DNA of 64,000 nt from Oopsacas minuta (lineage: Eukaryota > Animalia > Porifera): the NCBI GenBank assembly GCA_024704765.1, contig JAKMXF010000033.1, positions 248,001 through 312,000 of the forward strand, given 5' to 3'. Position numbers and translations under genes: made by a program. This document shows positions 61,601 through 64,000 of the stretch, piece by piece (within the stretch, counting starts at the first letter, position 1; each line of letters starts with the position of its first letter). The notes under the pieces were generated by a model that saw only the letters and a list, made by a program, of their open reading frames with translations, ran no database searches and had not been told where the DNA came from.

Positions 61601-63704
61601 AATTGGTCTCCTTCCTCCTTAAGCTTTGTTCCTACAATAGAGAATTGGTATATAGCAGTAGAGCCTTGATGATTATTACAAACCACTACGTAACATATAC
61701 ATTCAATATAACCAATATAATATCAGCCTGCGTGTACTGGGATCTCATGTCATATGTATTATACAGTCAAGTCCCCGTTATATTGAAGCACAAGGGACCG
61801 CGATAATTACTTCGAAATAATCGGAACTCGATATAACTGAAGAACCATATTTGTACAAGTTAAGACTTCCATAAATCTGGAGTTGTCTGTATATTGTAGA
61901 ATGTAGATTCTAAAGTGAGATAATAAACCAACTAACCTTCTACATTTCCTTGCCAGCCACTCCCTAGCACATCCTCCAATCTCTGCAGATAAGTACCCAG
62001 CTGATTCTGTATCTGATTAGCCCATATGATACTCCCGGAGACAGGAGGTAAATCCCTAACTTTACAGAGTCGTTTAGCACTAGTACTGTTATATCCACTC
62101 TTGTAAATGTTCTGCAGAGCTTCTATATCTTCCTTCACACGAGTAATTAACTCAGCTTGATATTCACGTATGGCACCACGGATATGTTGTCGTACAAACA
62201 GTGCATTGAATCGAGAGAAAATTCGGAACATTTCAAAAGCGTTCTTAGCAGTTCCCAGCTGGTCTCTAAGTCTAGCAGCTATTCGTGTCTCCACTCTATC
62301 AATCCGTTCGTTGTACCTCCTTATTGCCGCTTCCCAGGCCTGTTGGCCGTCCGGGCTCATGTCCAATACATCCAATTGTTTCATATCTTCGTATGCGAGG
62401 TTCACTTCTCGAGTTGCTGACTGACTGTCTTGTAGGAAAATGTCCGATTGCTCTGTTGTGTCGCCAGGAGATAGAACACGGGAGATCACAGATTGTAGCT
62501 GTTCGTGTTGCAGACGGAACTCTGCCAGCCTCTTCAGACGTTCAGAAAGTTTCCTGTGCTCGGGAAATATCTTCATTGACATGATGCCAGTAGCTCCGCT
62601 AGCACGCGGTCTCTTAGTGTCTCGTAACATAGTCTGGAATTTGTCGTAATGGTCATCCCACATTTTGAATACTAGGCTACAGCGCTGTGTCAGATCACTG
62701 AAATCCTGATAGCTAATGTGCATCATTTTTCGGGTATTAAGAATTTTTAGCATTTGTTGTGTAAGATCGACTGAGATTGCTTCTACAAGTTTTGAGAGTC
62801 TCTGTGCTGGGTATAGAGAGTTCCTAGCTTTTTTGAGGTGTGTGAATATCTGACGGATACTTTCTGCTATTGCTTCTAGGTCAGTAGCCCCCAGCAAATT
62901 TTGAATAGGGAAATCACGTAGGAATGTGCAGTAGTCCTCAACTTTCTGCATTGCATCGAGTAATCCTGTGTCCGTATCGAAAGAAACAAATACTCTGAAC
63001 TTTTTGGCTTTCTTCAGACATTCCATGGTAAGTTCAACTTCTGTACTAGCTTTCATATTTTGGATATTATGTAACGCATATTCCATATTCACCCAGAAAG
63101 TCATTTCCTGTAGGGCTGAACCAATTGCGGGGTCCTGTGTGAGAATTGTAACTTTTTGAATTTTCTTTATCCAATCTTTTACGTCATTTTGTAGCTTTGT
63201 TAAGAATTTAGGATCTTCCAGCTCATCCCCGAAATCTTCGTATGTGGCCTTTTTGCCCTGACTGAGTGCATTTTGCACGACTTCCTTCACTCTCCTTGAA
63301 GTTATTAACTCCACTTCTGGTATGTTGATATTCTGCTGGAGATGAAGCAGCGATATCTCTAGCTCACTCATCCTCTTCTGAACCGCAGGGACTAGTTTCT
63401 CTCCCTCACGACTGCCCTGTCCAGTTACTTGTACGTAGTTATTGAAGTATGGACTCACAGCGTTACGTACGTACGAGTGTAGTGTCTCGAAAGGAGAGCC
63501 GTCTCCAAAGTTTATGCAACGTATCTGATTATTCAGCGGCTTTCCAGCCTCGAGTACATCAGAAACTTTTATGAGAAAGAATGATGAACTGTTAGGCCTG
63601 TAGGATAGACCCAATGTGATAATGTATGTAACGTCACGAGTCACAGTCTTCTCTTGTATTGTCTCGTCTAACTCCCCTTCTGCTTGTGCAACAACTCTGC
63701 TGAT
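49690..63704 (-). CDS. DYNC1H1: Cytoplasmic dynein 1 heavy chain, 5'-partial; exons 63704-61937 and 61631-49690, intron 61632-61936
   Basis: P-loops [32 protein letters not shown]; [18 protein letters not shown]; junction NVEG|TKLKEEGD is in phase. The 5'-most exon(s) are upstream of the acceptor at 63705 and were not resolved. Confidence 0.98.
61764..61889. mobile_element. MITE family A in DYNC1H1 intron
   Basis: ta|cagtcaagtccccgttatattgaagcacaagggac ... ggagttgtctg|ta; TA on both sides. Confidence 0.75.
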
Positions 63705-64000
63705 CTAAATACAAACAGTTATAGCAGTAATAAACTGGGAACTTCAGGAAACGAAGAGACAATACAGAGAGCGAATTCCTAGTCTCATACAAATGAACAA
63801 ACGAGGAAATGGACAAAAAAGGAGCATTTTTCGGCATCCCTGGCGCCCCGTTTTAGAGGCTGCGTGTGCTCGCTTATATCTAAGTAATTATTGTATAACG
63901 GGAGATGATTGTATAGTTAATCAGGTGAATCAAAATTCCCTCTGAATAATATTGAAATTTGGTGTCACTTTTTTATAATAATTGAAACGACTTATGGACA

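Noticed and set aside
61632-61686. ORF-track N-terminus [18 protein letters not shown] of the 3998 aa dynein ORF
   Set aside because: Intronic. The conserved sequence resumes at G|TKLKEEGD after the acceptor at 61632.
50186-63159. Many 60-130 aa ORFs overlapping DYNC1H1 on the opposite strand or in other frames
   Set aside because: Shadow ORFs of a long coding sequence; no recognisable motifs.
1-64000. Minor-class (U12) introns or a non-standard genetic code
   Set aside because: All introns I resolved are GT-AG without the RTATCCTT donor, and conserved proteins translate correctly with the standard code.

Overview
AT-rich, very compact eukaryotic (animal) genomic DNA with spliceosomal GT-AG introns, the shortest about 55 nt. 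The overall style (tiny introns and intergenic gaps, giant intronless ORFs) resembles an early-branching animal such as a glass sponge; this is inference only. About 22 protein-coding genes. Nearly all genes between 1272 and 39767 are on +: METTL3 (with a fucosyltransferase-like gene nested in its intron), CDC23, MYLIP, CNOT10, C6orf120-like, a PX-only protein, three tandem ADP-ribosylarginine hydrolases, RIDA, EIF3H, RB1CC1, RPL7 and ZNFX1; a FAM166-like gene is the minus-strand exception. All genes from 40061 onward are on -: a bHLH factor, an atypical Rho-like protein, COPE and DYNC1H1 (5'-partial). At least six families of ~80-170 bp CAGT/TA-ended (Tc1/mariner-pogo-like) MITEs sit mostly in introns. 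Strongest leads: (1) same-strand nested gene in METTL3; (2) ADPRH triplet with patchwork gene conversion, including an identical intron; (3) ZNFX1 with about 25 zinc-finger units and no recognisable RZ finger; (4) operon-like co-directional packing with acceptor-like sites before start codons; (5) Rho-like pseudo-GTPase; (6) introns made almost entirely of a MITE. No tRNA, rRNA or CRISPR array was seen. Gene identities come from motif recognition by eye, not database searches.
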